Shown: one piece after another, positions 11,878-23,136 of the stretch | Position numbering within the stretch: position 1 is the first letter of the stretch | Layout: each line of letters opens with the position of its first letter | From: Squalus acanthias | Lineage: Eukaryota | Length of the DNA: 64,000 nt | Assembly: GCA_030390025.1 (NCBI GenBank) | Contig: CM059433.1 | Coordinates: forward strand, 3,534,001-3,598,000 | Direction of reading: 5' to 3' | Notes under the pieces: model-generated | Told to the model about the DNA's origin: nothing | The model's input: the letters and a program-made list of their open reading frames with translations, nothing else | The model's database searches: none | Position numbers and translations under genes: made by a program

Positions 11878-12497
11878 GATAAGAGTAAAGACGTCTTACT
11901 GCAATTATATAGGGCCCTGGTGAGACCACACCTGGGAGTATTGTGCACAGTTTTGGTCTCCTTACCTAAGGAAGGATATACTTGCCACAGAGGGAGTGCA
12001 ACAAAGGTTCACCAGACTGATTCCTGGGATGGGGGGATTGTCCTATAAGGAGCGATTGAGTAGACTCGGCCTATATTCTCTGGAATTTAGAAGAATGAGA
12101 GGTGATCTCATTGAAACATACAAAATTCTTACAGGGCTTGACAGGGTAGTTGCAGGGAGGATGTTTCCCCTGGCTGGGGAGTCTAGAACCAGGAGTCACA
12201 GTCTCAGGATATGGGATCGGCCATTTAGCACTGAGATGAGGAGAAATTTCTTCACTCAGAGGGTGGTGAATCTTTGGAATTCTCTACCCCAGAGGGCTGT
12301 GGAGGCTCAGTTGTTGAGTATATTCAAGACAGAGATCGATAGAGTTTTGAATATTAAGGGAATCAAGGGATATGGGGATAGTGCAGGAAAGTGGAGATGA
12401 GGTAGAAGATCAGCCATGATCTTATTGAATGGCGGAGCAGGCTCGAGGGGCCAAATGGCCCACTCCTGCTCTTATTTCTTATGTTCTTATGTTCTTA
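11878..12497 (+). mobile_element. CR1 LINE 3' end
   Basis: KSKDVLLQLYRALVRPHL...GYGDSAGKWR; (ttcttatg)n tail. Confidence 0.9.
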
Positions 12498-12933
12498 TAA
12501 CACCACATCAGTTATTGGTCCAAATAAGCAATAATGTTTGCCTTGGCTGCTGTTCCAGTGATGCAGCCGCAATAATGTAAAGCAATCTTGCTGTGCTGAG
12601 TGATAACTTGCACTTGCTTCTATTCACTATATTTCTTTAAACACTCCTCTTGGAGTCAAGCTGCTGAACTGGTGCCATGTGGAATATACTTTCTGTGTAT
12701 TGTTTAGAGGTATATTTACCTGGAGTCTGTAATGTTAGTTTCTTTATCCATTAGCTTGAATCTACTTGGTATTCAAGTCAATTTATGTCAACTATTCCCA
12801 TGTAACTAACATTTTCAATAAAAACAGAAGTGAAAATTAACTTGGTAAGTTCTTGATGAAAGGCCAATCATTTGTACGCCACAAAATGTTCTGGTGAATC
12901 GCTATGATTTGTTGATACCATTTGAATTCAGCA

Positions 12934-13062
12934 GAAAAGAAGGTTTTGCATTTATATAGCGTCTTTCACGACCTCAGGACGTCCCAAAGCACTTTACAGC
13001 CACTGAAGTGCTTTTGAAATGCAGTCACTGTTGCAAAATGTAGGAAAATGCAGAAGCCATTT
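12934..13062 (-). mobile_element. SacSINE1-type 3' fragment
   Basis: Reverse complement of the SINE tail (ttgcatttatatagcg...cacgacctcaggacgtccc). Confidence 0.75.
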
Positions 13063-13094
13063 TCTGAGAGCTTTGGTTTATGGACAGATTTCCA

Positions 13095-15216
13095 GGCCTA
13101 GAAATTCGATAAGGCCCGAAAGCGGGCGGTGGCGCAGCGGGGTGAGATTAGTTCGCACCCGTTAAAAAAACAAATCACACGCAACACGTTATTTTGGTGC
13201 CGCCTGCTGACCCGAATGGTTTCCGTTCCCGGCCCAGCAACGAACGCGGTACTTCAGGCTGCGAGGTCAGCAGGAGGCCCAATGGCCCGTCCCTGTAACC
13301 TCCCTGGAGCGAGGCTGCAGTTTCTTAGAGCAAGGTTGTCATTTTAGAAAGCAGTCTCGAGCCCTTAAAGGTGAACTGTCCTTCTGAAAAAAAAATCATT
13401 CAAAAATAGGCAGTCTTCAGCTCTTAAAGCTGAACTGTCTTCTGCTCGTAAAACATGGTAAAAGTGCTTTAGCACTAACACAAATGGCTCAACAGAACAG
13501 GGAAGGGGCACCCAGGGTTTCACACGCAGCATTCCAGCTTTGTGCAGGGGGTCAACACTGGACGAGAGGTCCTCTAACCACAGAGGGTCAGGAGGCCCTC
13601 CAGAAAGAAGGATGTGGGACCAGGTCGCCGTCCCCATCACTGCCAGCAGTATCGCCCCCAGGACCTGGCTCCAGTGCCCAAAGAAGTTTCATGACCTTAG
13701 ACAAGTGGTCAAGGTCAGTGAATGTATCTTCAATAGCCGTCTCCTACCAAGTGCTCCACTAGCCTCACACACTGCTCAATGCACGACCCCCACCCCCAAT
13801 CAATCACCTACCAACAATCTCTACCAAACATGAGGCACACCTCCTATTCCTATCTTCACCCTTGAAGGAGACAGCACAGTCCATTCTTGGCAGGGAATGG
13901 CTGAGTCCTTGGCCAGCGGCAAGGCTTTAAGATTACAAGATGCTGGTATCCTCATACTTTATCCTCCTTCTCACATCCCACTTCCCCCTCATCCCACAAT
14001 ATCTTCTGATGTACAAGCTGTGCATGGTGTAAGCAGGCACCTCTTGCTTTCCTGTCCTCCCCTCACCACAACCCTACCCTTGTGCCTTCCTCATTTCAGA
14101 CACCCAAGAAATTCAGCCTGCCCAGCCAATGGTTGACCAAGAAGAGGGAGAGGAGAATGAAGAAGAAGAAGAAAAAGAAGAAGAAGAAGAAGAAGAAGAA
14201 ACACCATCACTCGATTTCACACTCCCAGCCACCAGCTCCTCGAGGTCGACCTAGCAAGGCCATCAGCAGTGACCCCCACTGAAAGTCAGCAGCCTTCCAC
14301 CAGCCATGCTGCAGCCACTGGGCTAGCACTGCGTGACATCACTAGAATAGGCAAAGGAACACGCAAGACAGTCACTAAGGGAATGCACAAGGGTGCTTAG
14401 TTGATTTCTTGATGTAATATTGGATGCATATATGGATAAAGTTGGATTGGAATGTTTGCTTTATGGTGGCTTTTATTTCAACATTGTGGCCAAGAGGACA
14501 CGGTGATTGTCTGGAACAGAGGGAAGGGAAGGTGTGGGACAAATGTTGAAAGGGGAATTGGGTTGTGGTCACTGGTACCGCAGGTGGATGATTCGATCCC
14601 GGATATCCCGGCCAGAAAGGGGCTGTCTGGGTTACATCTTTCCGCTCCCTCCTCTTCTCTCTGCGAGCAGCTTGTCCCCTTTGCTGCCTCTGCTTCCTCT
14701 CTCTGTGATGTTGCAGCCCAAGGGGGACTGCAACTAGAGTCCCTCAGGACTGTGAGCAACTGGTCTTCTCAGAGGCCTTCCTTTAACATCCAAAGCCTTG
14801 GAAGCATCCAGCAGCACTCCCTGCACACGTTAACAACTGTTTAAATGTATTGCACCAAGCCACAACTCCAATAAAAACACCTGAAAGATGTGTGTGTCCC
14901 TTTAAGAAGCGCTGACTGCGTCTCTGTACAACTGCTGCGTGCACGTTCTTCCGCGCGTGGTTAGGAAAGGGCGTCATGGCGTGCGGCGACGTCCAGAATC
15001 ACAGTCGTGCAACAAATCAGGCGTTGCACGCCGATTGACGTCACGATCTGCACATTTGCATTGGAGAGGCGAGAGCAGGCAACGGTAGCGCTGCCGACCT
15101 CTCCACAATGGCGGCCGCCATGTCCCGCGCCACAAGCGGGCGGAAGCGAGGCGGCTGCTATTTTTTTCAAGAAAACCGTGTTAACGGCCAGCGCGACTAT
15201 GGGGAATTTCTAGACC
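13095..15216 (+). mobile_element. Non-autonomous Harbinger deletion derivative (Myb-like gene remnant on +, transposase termini on -)
   Basis: TIRs GGCCTAGAAATTC / GAATTTCTAGACC; decayed Myb exon from 13484 (APR...MWDQVA...RTWLQC.KKFHDL) ending at an aag|gtcagt donor; acidic exon; transposase C-terminus PRQPLSGRDIRDRIIHLRYQ* on the minus strand at ~14569-14630. Confidence 0.8.
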
Positions 15217-15898
15217 TCAGAGTTCGCCGGAAAATTCCACAAATTGTTAATAAAATGGTGAATTAACCAATCCTTTATCATCACGGTGCATAATCCAACG
15301 TTGTTCAGAGGCCAAAATTGCTCAGCGAGCCGAGGAACAGTAGATTTGTTCGATGGTTACCGGGGATCAGACGTCACCTTGAACCACAGAAGAACTGGAT
15401 GCTGGCCATGGATCCCCACAGAGTGATCCTCCAGAGGACTGACAGGAGCCGGGAATGCCAACATCCCTGAGCCGGAAGGAAAAAGAAACGGAAAAAGAGG
15501 AAGGTGGCTGGATCCACACCAGTGCCGTGAGCAGATTGGATGGGATCCAACCTGCTCTGGTAACTGGACCCAATGCCCAGTTGCACAATATTATGAAAAG
15601 TCAGCTTGCCAATGTTCCAGCCTACTCAGTAGCCGGATGAAGTCGGCACACAGTTTCCTGCAGCAGACTCTTGTTTGGTTGTGGGGGTGTTGAAAAGACC
15701 ATTGCATCTTTGAACGTTGGAAGGTAGACAAGTTTTAGTAGTTCAGAATTTAAAACAGATTCAAGAGCTTGGCGAAATTGTACTCTTAATGAAAAACAAA
15801 GTGGAATTTGCTGTTATTCCTTCAGCTGACTGCAGTTTAGCAAATTCCAATTAAGTTTTTGAAACAAAGGTACTGATGTAGTAGAATTGTGGTACACT

Positions 15899-18392
15899 GG
15901 CCTAGGAATTGGGCCGCTTACCGCCACGAGTCACCGCCGCAATCAGCCCAATAAATGGCGGCCGCCACTCTAGCGCCCTTCTTTGGCGCGGGACTCGGTG
16001 GCCACCATTTTGTTGAGGGCCTCAGCGCTGACGATAGGAGGAAGATGCAGAAGAGGAAGACACAGAAGAGGAAGGCGCAGAAGAGGGGGAAGCAGAATAG
16101 GAAGACGCAGAAGGAAGGATGCAACCCAGACAGCCCCTTTCTGGCCGGGATATCCGGGATCGAATCATCCACCTGCAGTACCAGTGACCACAACCCCAAT
16201 TCCCCTTTCAACATTAGTCCCACATCTTACCTTTCCTCTGTTACTCACCATCACAGTGTCCTCTTGGCCACAATGCTGAAATAAAAGCCACCACAAAGCA
16301 AACTTTCCAATCCAACTTTATACATCTATCCATCCAATATGACATCAAGAAATCAACTCATCACCCGTATGCATTCCCTTAGTGACTGTCTTGTGTGTGC
16401 CTTTGCCTATCCTACTGATGTCACGCAGTGCTACCCCAGTGGCTGCAGCATGGCTGGTGGAAGGCTGCTAACTTTCAATGGGGGAACACTACAAATGGCC
16501 TTGCAGGTCTACCTCGAGGAGCCGGTGGCTGGGAGTGTGAAATCGAGCGACGGTGTTTCTTCTTCTTCTTCTTCTTCTTCTTCTTCTTCTTCTTCTGTCT
16601 CCTCTCCCTCTTCTTGGCCAACTATAGGCTGGGCAGGCTGCATTTCTTGGGTGTGTGAAATGAGGAAGGCACAAGGGTGGAGTTGTGGTGAGGAGAGGGC
16701 GGGAAAGCGAGAGGAGCATGCCAGAAGGAGGATAATGTATGAGGATACCAGCATCTTGTATCCTTTCAGCCCCGCCGCTGGCCAAGGGCTCAGCCATGCC
16801 CCTGCCAAGAATGGCCAGCACCGTCTCCTCCAAGTGGGTGAGGTGAGGCTAGGAATGGGAGGTGTGCCTCGTGTTTGGTACAGATTGTTGGTAGGTGAGT
16901 GATTGGGGGGGAGTCATGCATTGAGCAGTGTGTGAGGCTAGTGATGCAGTTGGGAGGAGACGGCTGTTGAAGGTGCATTCACTGACCTTGACCACTGGTC
17001 TGAGGTCGTGAAAATTCTTTGGGCACTGGAGCCAGGTGGTGGGGGTGACACTGCTGGCAGTGACAGCCTCGGAGATCTGGTCCTACATTGTTTTTTCTGG
17101 AGGGCCTCCTGTCCCCCTGTGGGTAGAGGACCTCTCTTCCAGTGTTGACCCCCTGCACAAAGCTGGAGTGCTGAGTGTGAGACCCTGGGTGCCCCTTCCC
17201 TGGCTTGCTGAGCCATTTGTGTTGGCGCTGAAGCACTTTTCCCATTTTTTCGGGTGCGGGAGGGAATTCAGCTTTAAGAGCTGAAGACTCCCATTTGTGT
17301 ATTCTTTTTAGGTTTTTTTCAGAAGACAGTTGAGCTGTGAGGACTAAAAACTGCCTATTTTTACATGGGCCCAGAAATTAAAGACGGAGCCTTCCTGCGG
17401 GGTTATGGCTTCCCCGCGATATCTCACTGCGCGCCTACCTTTTCCTTCCGAGCCCACACGAACTTTAGTTTCAAGGCTGCAGCTGTGCAGTGTGTGCGTA
17501 TCCCAGAGACGGAGTTAGTTCGTGCGAGCTCTGGGATCACGTGATTCAGTTAGAGCCAATGGCAGCACACCATCTTTCATTCATAGTTTTGACAGCAAGG
17601 GCTGTCAAAGCTATGAATCTATACCCCCCCAAAAGAACAGCTAAACCTCAATTAAATTTTAAAAAAAAACCATCACATTAATAAAATAAGTATAGTTTAT
17701 TAAATTAACCACTTTAAACAAAAAATTAAATTTTTGAAAAAATTTAAAATCTTTTAAAAAGTTATAAAAGTAAACTTACCTTTCTTTAAAGTCTCTAAAA
17801 AAGATATACCTGTTGAAAAAAATTCCAAATAATACTTAATTAACTACTTACCTTGTTAAAAGAGGGTCTTACGCCTCCTTTCTTTATGTGCAAAATCTTC
17901 CATGCTTACCTGCGCGTTCAAAGCACTAAGTGCACTGCGTGCGCGCAGCCTGTAGCGCGCACGCGGTTCACCTAGGAACCGCCCCCTTTTGAGTTCACCA
18001 AGTGCCGGTTTTCAGCGCATGCGCAGTGCATGCAGAAAACCGGCAATTGGAGACAGAATACGCGAGAGTACACAGTGCGTACTCTCGCGTAGCGGCACTA
18101 ATTTTTGGGCCACTATTTTTAATTTTTTTCATTTCGCAAGGCATTGTCCCTTTAAGAATCCCACAATTCTTTCTGAAATCACAACCTCGCTTGGGCCTCG
18201 CCACATTGGAGCCTACTGCCGGGACCAACGCCACCAGGACAGCGTTCCATGGTGAGTTAAGTGCAAGGCTAATGATAATTCGTCCCCAGTGCCAGTTTTT
18301 CGGTCCTGCCAGCACCACCATTTTCAGCAGCCGCGAACCCCCCAGCCGCGGTGACACTGGTTGCTTTTGTGGCGGCCGCCAATTTCCAGGCC
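15899..18392 (-). mobile_element. Non-autonomous Harbinger derivative related to 13095-15216 in inverted orientation, with a nested MITE
   Basis: TIRs GGCCTAGGAATTGG / CCAATTTCCAGGCC; 16121-17345 is the reverse-complement homologue of ~13365-14630; transposase tail EEDAEEE...QPRQPLSGRDIRDRIIHLQYQ* on + at 16037-16188. Confidence 0.8.
17367..18111. mobile_element. Harbinger-type MITE with AT-rich core (same family as 44307-44991, opposite orientation)
   Basis: TIRs GGCCCAGAAATTA / TAATTTTTGGGCC; internal homology to 44480-44860. Confidence 0.75.
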
Positions 18393-18931
18393 AATATATT
18401 TACCTTTTATACTGGAGTAGACTGGAATGGCCGCGGAGGTTTGGGGCTGGATTTTACCAGCCCTGAGGAGGCGGGTTTGGAGGCGGGACTGCTGGGAAAG
18501 TCAAAAAGAATGGGAGCGGGTCCCGAACCCGCTCCCAACCCGCCTCCATACAATCTTCCCGGGAGTCGGGTACTCGATTTGCGCAGGGACCCGACTCCTA
18601 GCGGCGGGAAGAGGATTATAGCCACTTTACTGCCTGTTAACAGGTAGTTTACAGGTAGTTAAGAGGCTTTTCCCAATTTTTCCACTGCTGCTGCGGGCTT
18701 CCTGATGTCGGGGAACCCGCCAGGGTAAGGGAGGCGTGATGTGGGTCTGTTGTTATGTTGGTGTTTGGATGACAGCTCCAGAAGTGGTGTGAAGGATGCA
18801 ATTGGACACTGGTTATTTTCAGAGGTAAGGAAATAGAAACATAGAAACATAGAAAATAGGTACAGGAGTAGACCATTCGGTCCTTCGAGTCTGCACCGCC
18901 ATTCAATGCGTTCATGGCTGAACATGCTACC

Positions 18932-21868
18932 TCAGTACCCCATTCCTGCTTTCTCGCCATACCCCTTGATCCCCTTAGTTGTGAGTGTTATATCTAACTC
19001 CCTTTTGAATATATTTAGCGAACTGGCCTCAACAACCTTCTGTGGAAGAGAATTCCATAGATTCACCACTCTCTGGGTGAAGAAGTTCCTCCTCAGCTCA
19101 GTCCTAAATGGCTTCCCCTTAATCCTTAGACTGTGACCCCTGGTTCTAGTTTTCCCTACCATTGGGAACATTCTGCCCGCATCTAATTTGTCTAAACCAG
19201 TCAGGATTTTAAATGTCTCTATAAGATCCCCCCTCATTCTTCTGAACTCCAGAGGATACAAGTTCAGTTGACCCAATCTTTCTTGATATGTCAGTCCGGC
19301 CATCCCAGGAATCAATCTAGTGAACCTTCGCTGCACTCCCTCAATAGCAAGAATGTCCTTCCTCAAGTTAGGAGACCAAAACTGCGCACAATACTCCAGG
19401 TGTGGCCTCACCAAGGCCCTGTACAACTGCAGCATCACCTCCCTACTCCTGTACTCAAATCCCCTTACTATGAAGGCCATCATTCCATTTGCTTTCTTGA
19501 CTGCCTGCTGCACTTGCATTCCCACCTTCAGTGACTGATGTACCATGATGCCCAGGTCTCGTTGCACCTCCCCTTTCCCTAATCTGCCACCATTCAGGTA
19601 ATATTCCGCCTCTCTATTTTTACCACCAAAGTGGATAACCTCACATTTATCCACATTGTACTTCATCTGCCATACATTTGCCCATTCACCCAACCTGTCC
19701 AAGTCACTCTGTAGCCTCCTAGCATCCTCCTCATTGTTCACACTGCCTCCCAATTTAGTGTCATCCGCAAATTTGGAGATATTACATTTAATCCCTTCGT
19801 CCAAATCATTAATATATAATGTAAACAGCTGGGGTCCCAGCACCGAACCCTGCGGTACCCCGCTGGTCACTGCCTGCCATTCTGAAAAGTACCCATTTAC
19901 TCCTACTCTTTGTTTCCTGTGTGCCAACCAGTTCTGAATCCACATCAACACATTACCCCCAATCCCATGTGCTTTAACTTTGCTCACCAATCTCTTGTGT
20001 GGGACCTTGTCGAAGGCCTTCTGAAAGTCCAAATACACCACATCTACTGGTTCCCCCCTGTCCACCCTATTGGAAACATCCTCAAAAAATTCCAGAAGAT
20101 TTGTCAAGCATGATTTCCCTTTCACAAATCCATGCTGACTTGGACCTATCATGTCGCCACTTTCCAAATGGTCTGTTATGACATCTTTAATAATTGCTTC
20201 CATCATTTTACCCACGACCGATGTCAGGCTGACCGGTCTATAATTCCCTGCTTTCTCCCTCCCTCCTTTTTTAAAAAGAGGGGTTACATTGGCCACCCTC
20301 CACTCCATCGGAACTGATCCAGAGTCTAAGGAATGTTGGAAAATGATCGTCAATGCATCCACTATTTCCAAGGCCACCTCCTTAAGTACTCTGGGATGCA
20401 GACCATCAGGCCCCGGGGATTTTTCAGCCTTCAGTCCCATCAATTTCACCAATACCTTTTCCCGACTAATAAGGATTTCCCTCAGCTCCTCCCTCTTACC
20501 AGATCCTCTGACCCCTTTTATTTCCGGCAGGTTGTGTGTGTCCTCCACAGTAAACACCGAACCAAAGTACTTGTTCAATTGATCTGCCATTTCCTTGTTC
20601 CCCATTACGACTTCCCCTGTTTCCGACTGCAGGGGACCTACGTTTGTTTTTACTAACCTCTTTCTTTTTACATATTTATAGAAGCTTTTGCAGTCCATTT
20701 TAATGTTCTCTGCAAGCTTCCTTTCATATTTTATTTTCCCTGCCCTAATCAAACCCTTCGTCCTCCTCTGCTGAGTTTTGAAGTTCTCCCAGTCCCCGGG
20801 TTTGCTGCTACTTCTGGCCAATTTGTATGCAACTTCCTTGGTTTTAATACTATCCCTGATTTCCCTTGTTAGCCATGGTTGAGCCACCTTCCCTTTTTTA
20901 TTTTTACGCCAGACCGGGATGTACAATTGTTGTAGTTCATCCATGCGATCTCTAAATGTCTGCCATTGCCCTTCCACTGATAGCCCCTTAAATATCGCTT
21001 GCCAATTTAACCTCGCCAATTCACGCCTCATACCCTCAAAGTTGCCCTTATTTAAGTTCTGGACCATGGTCTCTGACTTAACTGTTTCCTTCTCCATCCT
21101 AATGTAGAACTCCACCATACTATGGTCACTCTTCCCCAGGGGGCCTCGTACCACAAGATTGCTGATTAGTCCCTCCTCATTACACAACACCCAGTCCAGG
21201 ATGGCCTCCCCTCGAGTTGGTTCCTCAACATATTGGTTTAGGAAACCATCCCTTAAACACTCCAGGAAATCCTCCTCCACCGTATTGCTTCCAGTTTGAG
21301 TAGCCCAATCTATATGCATATTAAAGTCACCCATGATAACTGCCGTGCCTTTTTTGCACGCACCTCTGATTTCCTGTTTCATACCCTCCCCCACCTCACT
21401 ACTGCTGTTTGGAGGTCTGTACACAACTCCGACTAACGTTTTCTGCCCTTTGGTGTTCTGCAGCTCAACCCATATTGATTCCACATCCTCCAAGCTGATG
21501 TCCTTCCTAGCTATTGCATTAATCTCCTCTTTAACCAGCAATGCTACCCCACCCCCTTTTCCTTTTATTCTATCCTTTCTGAATGTTGAATACCCCTGGA
21601 TGTTCAGTTCCCAGCCTTGATTGTTCTGGAGCCACGTCTCTGTAATCCCAATCACATCGTATCCGTTAACATCTATTTGCACAGTCAATTCATCCACCTT
21701 ATTACGGATACTCCTTGCATTAAGACACAGAGCCTTTAGGCTTGTTTTATTAACATCCTTTGTCCTTTTAGACTTATGATTTAGTATGGCCCTTTGTGTT
21801 TCTTGCCTTTGTTTACTCGGCCTTCCCCTATTGTTTCTCACCCTTCTAACATTTGTTTCTGACTGCAT
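18932..21868 (-). CDS. CR1 ORF2: AP-like endonuclease plus reverse transcriptase, 978 aa, uninterrupted
   Basis: LNARSI, ITETWL, GDFN and SDH endonuclease motifs; SPGPDG, NYRPVSL, QHGF, YLDFQKAFD, GVPQGSVLGP and FADD RT motifs. Confidence 0.95.
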   Translation of the reverse strand: MQSETNVRRVRNNRGRPSKQRQETQRAILNHKSKRTKDVNKTSLKALCLNARSIRNKVDELTVQIDVNGYDVIGITETWLQNNQGWELNIQGYSTFRKDRIKGKGGGVALLVKEEINAIARKDISLEDVESIWVELQNTKGQKTLVGVVYRPPNSSSEVGEGMKQEIRGACKKGTAVIMGDFNMHIDWATQTGSNTVEEDFLECLRDGFLNQYVEEPTRGEAILDWVLCNEEGLISNLVVRGPLGKSDHSMVEFYIRMEKETVKSETMVQNLNKGNFEGMRRELARLNWQAIFKGLSVEGQWQTFRDRMDELQQLYIPVWRKNKKGKVAQPWLTREIRDSIKTKEVAYKLARSSSKPGDWENFKTQQRRTKGLIRAGKIKYERKLAENIKMDCKSFYKYVKRKRLVKTNVGPLQSETGEVVMGNKEMADQLNKYFGSVFTVEDTHNLPEIKGVRGSGKREELREILISREKVLVKLMGLKAEKSPGPDGLHPRVLKEVALEIVDALTIIFQHSLDSGSVPMEWRVANVTPLFKKGGREKAGNYRPVSLTSVVGKMMEAIIKDVITDHLESGDMIGPSQHGFVKGKSCLTNLLEFFEDVSNRVDRGEPVDVVYLDFQKAFDKVPHKRLVSKVKAHGIGGNVLMWIQNWLAHRKQRVGVNGYFSEWQAVTSGVPQGSVLGPQLFTLYINDLDEGIKCNISKFADDTKLGGSVNNEEDARRLQSDLDRLGEWANVWQMKYNVDKCEVIHFGGKNREAEYYLNGGRLGKGEVQRDLGIMVHQSLKVGMQVQQAVKKANGMMAFIVRGFEYRSREVMLQLYRALVRPHLEYCAQFWSPNLRKDILAIEGVQRRFTRLIPGMAGLTYQERLGQLNLYPLEFRRMRGDLIETFKILTGLDKLDAGRMFPMVGKTRTRGHSLRIKGKPFRTELRRNFFTQRVVNLWNSLPQKVVEASSLNIFKRELDITLTTKGIKGYGEKAGMGY

Positions 21869-21915
21869 ATTACTTCCCCCTGTTTCGCTACATAGGTTCC
21901 CATTCCCCTGCCATA

Positions 21916-22476
21916 TTAGTTTAAATCCTCCCGAACTGCTTTAGCAAATATTACCCCGAGGACATCGGTTCCAGTCCTGCCCAAGTGCAGACCGTCCCTT
22001 TTGTACAGGTCCCACTTCCCCCAGAACTGGTTCCAATGCCTCAGGAATTTGAATCCCTCCCTCCTGCACCACTGCTCAAGCCACGTATTCAATCTCACTA
22101 TCCTGTTCTCTCTATTCTGATTAGCACGTGGCCCTGGTAGCAATCCAGAGATTACTACCTTAGAGGTCCTACTTTTTAATTTAGCTCCTAGCTCCCTAAA
22201 TTCTGCTTGTAGGACCTCTTCCCGCTTTTTACCTATATCGTTGGTACCTACATGCACCACGACAGCTGGCTGTTCACCCTCCCTCTTCAGAATGTTCTGC
22301 AGCCGCTCCGAAACATCCTTGACCCTTGCACCAGGGAGGCAACATACCATCCTGGAATCTCGGTTGCGGCCACAGAAACTCCTGTCTATTCCCCTTACAA
22401 TTGAGTCCCCTATCACTATAGCCCTACCACTCTTTTTCCCGCCCTGCTGTGCAGCAGAGCCAGCCATGGTGCCATG
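21916..22476 (-). CDS. CR1 ORF1 C-terminal SGNH/GDSL esterase domain (partial)
   Basis: VIGDSIVRG, CLPGARV, HVGTND and DGLHL motifs; the first ~14 residues of the listed ORF come from flanking sequence. Confidence 0.85.
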   Translation of the reverse strand, partial: HGTMAGSAAQQGGKKSGRAIVIGDSIVRGIDRSFCGRNRDSRMVCCLPGARVKDVSERLQNILKREGEQPAVVVHVGTNDIGKKREEVLQAEFRELGAKLKSRTSKVVISGLLPGPRANQNRENRIVRLNTWLEQWCRREGFKFLRHWNQFWGKWDLYKRDGLHLGRTGTDVLGVIFAKAVREDLN

Positions 22477-23136
22477 AAAGTAATTTTTAATGTGTTTAGA
22501 TTTTTCTGTTGGTGACAAGCTGTGAAGTGTTTGTGTTGCCTCACCTCAATGGGAGAAGTGACAGATGGCTTCTGCAATCTCAGCTGCAGCTGCCATCTGT
22601 TTCATCCTAAGGAGAGAGTAATTGGAGAGCCTCGGGTCAAGGGCTCACCTTTGGACAGTGATTGTCAGTGTTTGACAGCACCTCAATGCTGTCAAACACT
22701 GTCAAATCATCTGTCAAACAAGTGTGGTGCATATGCCTTTAAGAAAACCGGCAGATGAAGCGTCATCAACTGACGACATCTGACACCGGCTTTCCCTTAA
22801 TTGGCCGGCAAGCCCACAGGGCGGGCTTAACAAGGCCAATCAGGGCAAAATAGCGTCTGTGAGTCAAACGTCGCTGGGGGCGGGACTAGAACCCGGAAGG
22901 CAGCAGTCCCGTCCCCAACGCGCCTCGGTAAGTAAATTCCTGCCCAAGGTTTCCAAAGCACATTCCATTCCACAAAGGGTGGTGGAAATCTGCAACTCGC
23001 TCCCCCCAAAAGCTGTTGAGGCTGGGGCCAATCGAAAATTTCAAAACAGAGATTGATAGATTTTAGTTTGGCAAGAGTGTTAAGGGTTACAGAACCCAAG
23101 CAGGTAGATGGAGTTAAGATACAAATCAGCCATGAT

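Larger units (their letters stand above)
18835..22476 (-). mobile_element. Young, near-full-length CR1 LINE (5'-truncated within ORF1)
   Basis: ORF1 esterase, intact ORF2, 3' UTR and (agaaacat)n tail. Confidence 0.95.
18444..22945. mobile_element. Non-autonomous Harbinger element (family A) split by a CR1 insertion
   Basis: Ends GGGCTGGATTTT / AAATTCCTGCCC; arms homologous to 37395-38213, 42601-43220 and 56707-58274. Confidence 0.7.

Noticed and set aside
15300..15720. Purine-rich, exon-like unique stretch
   Set aside because: Stops in all plus-strand frames, no recognisable protein and no convincing splice-site pair.
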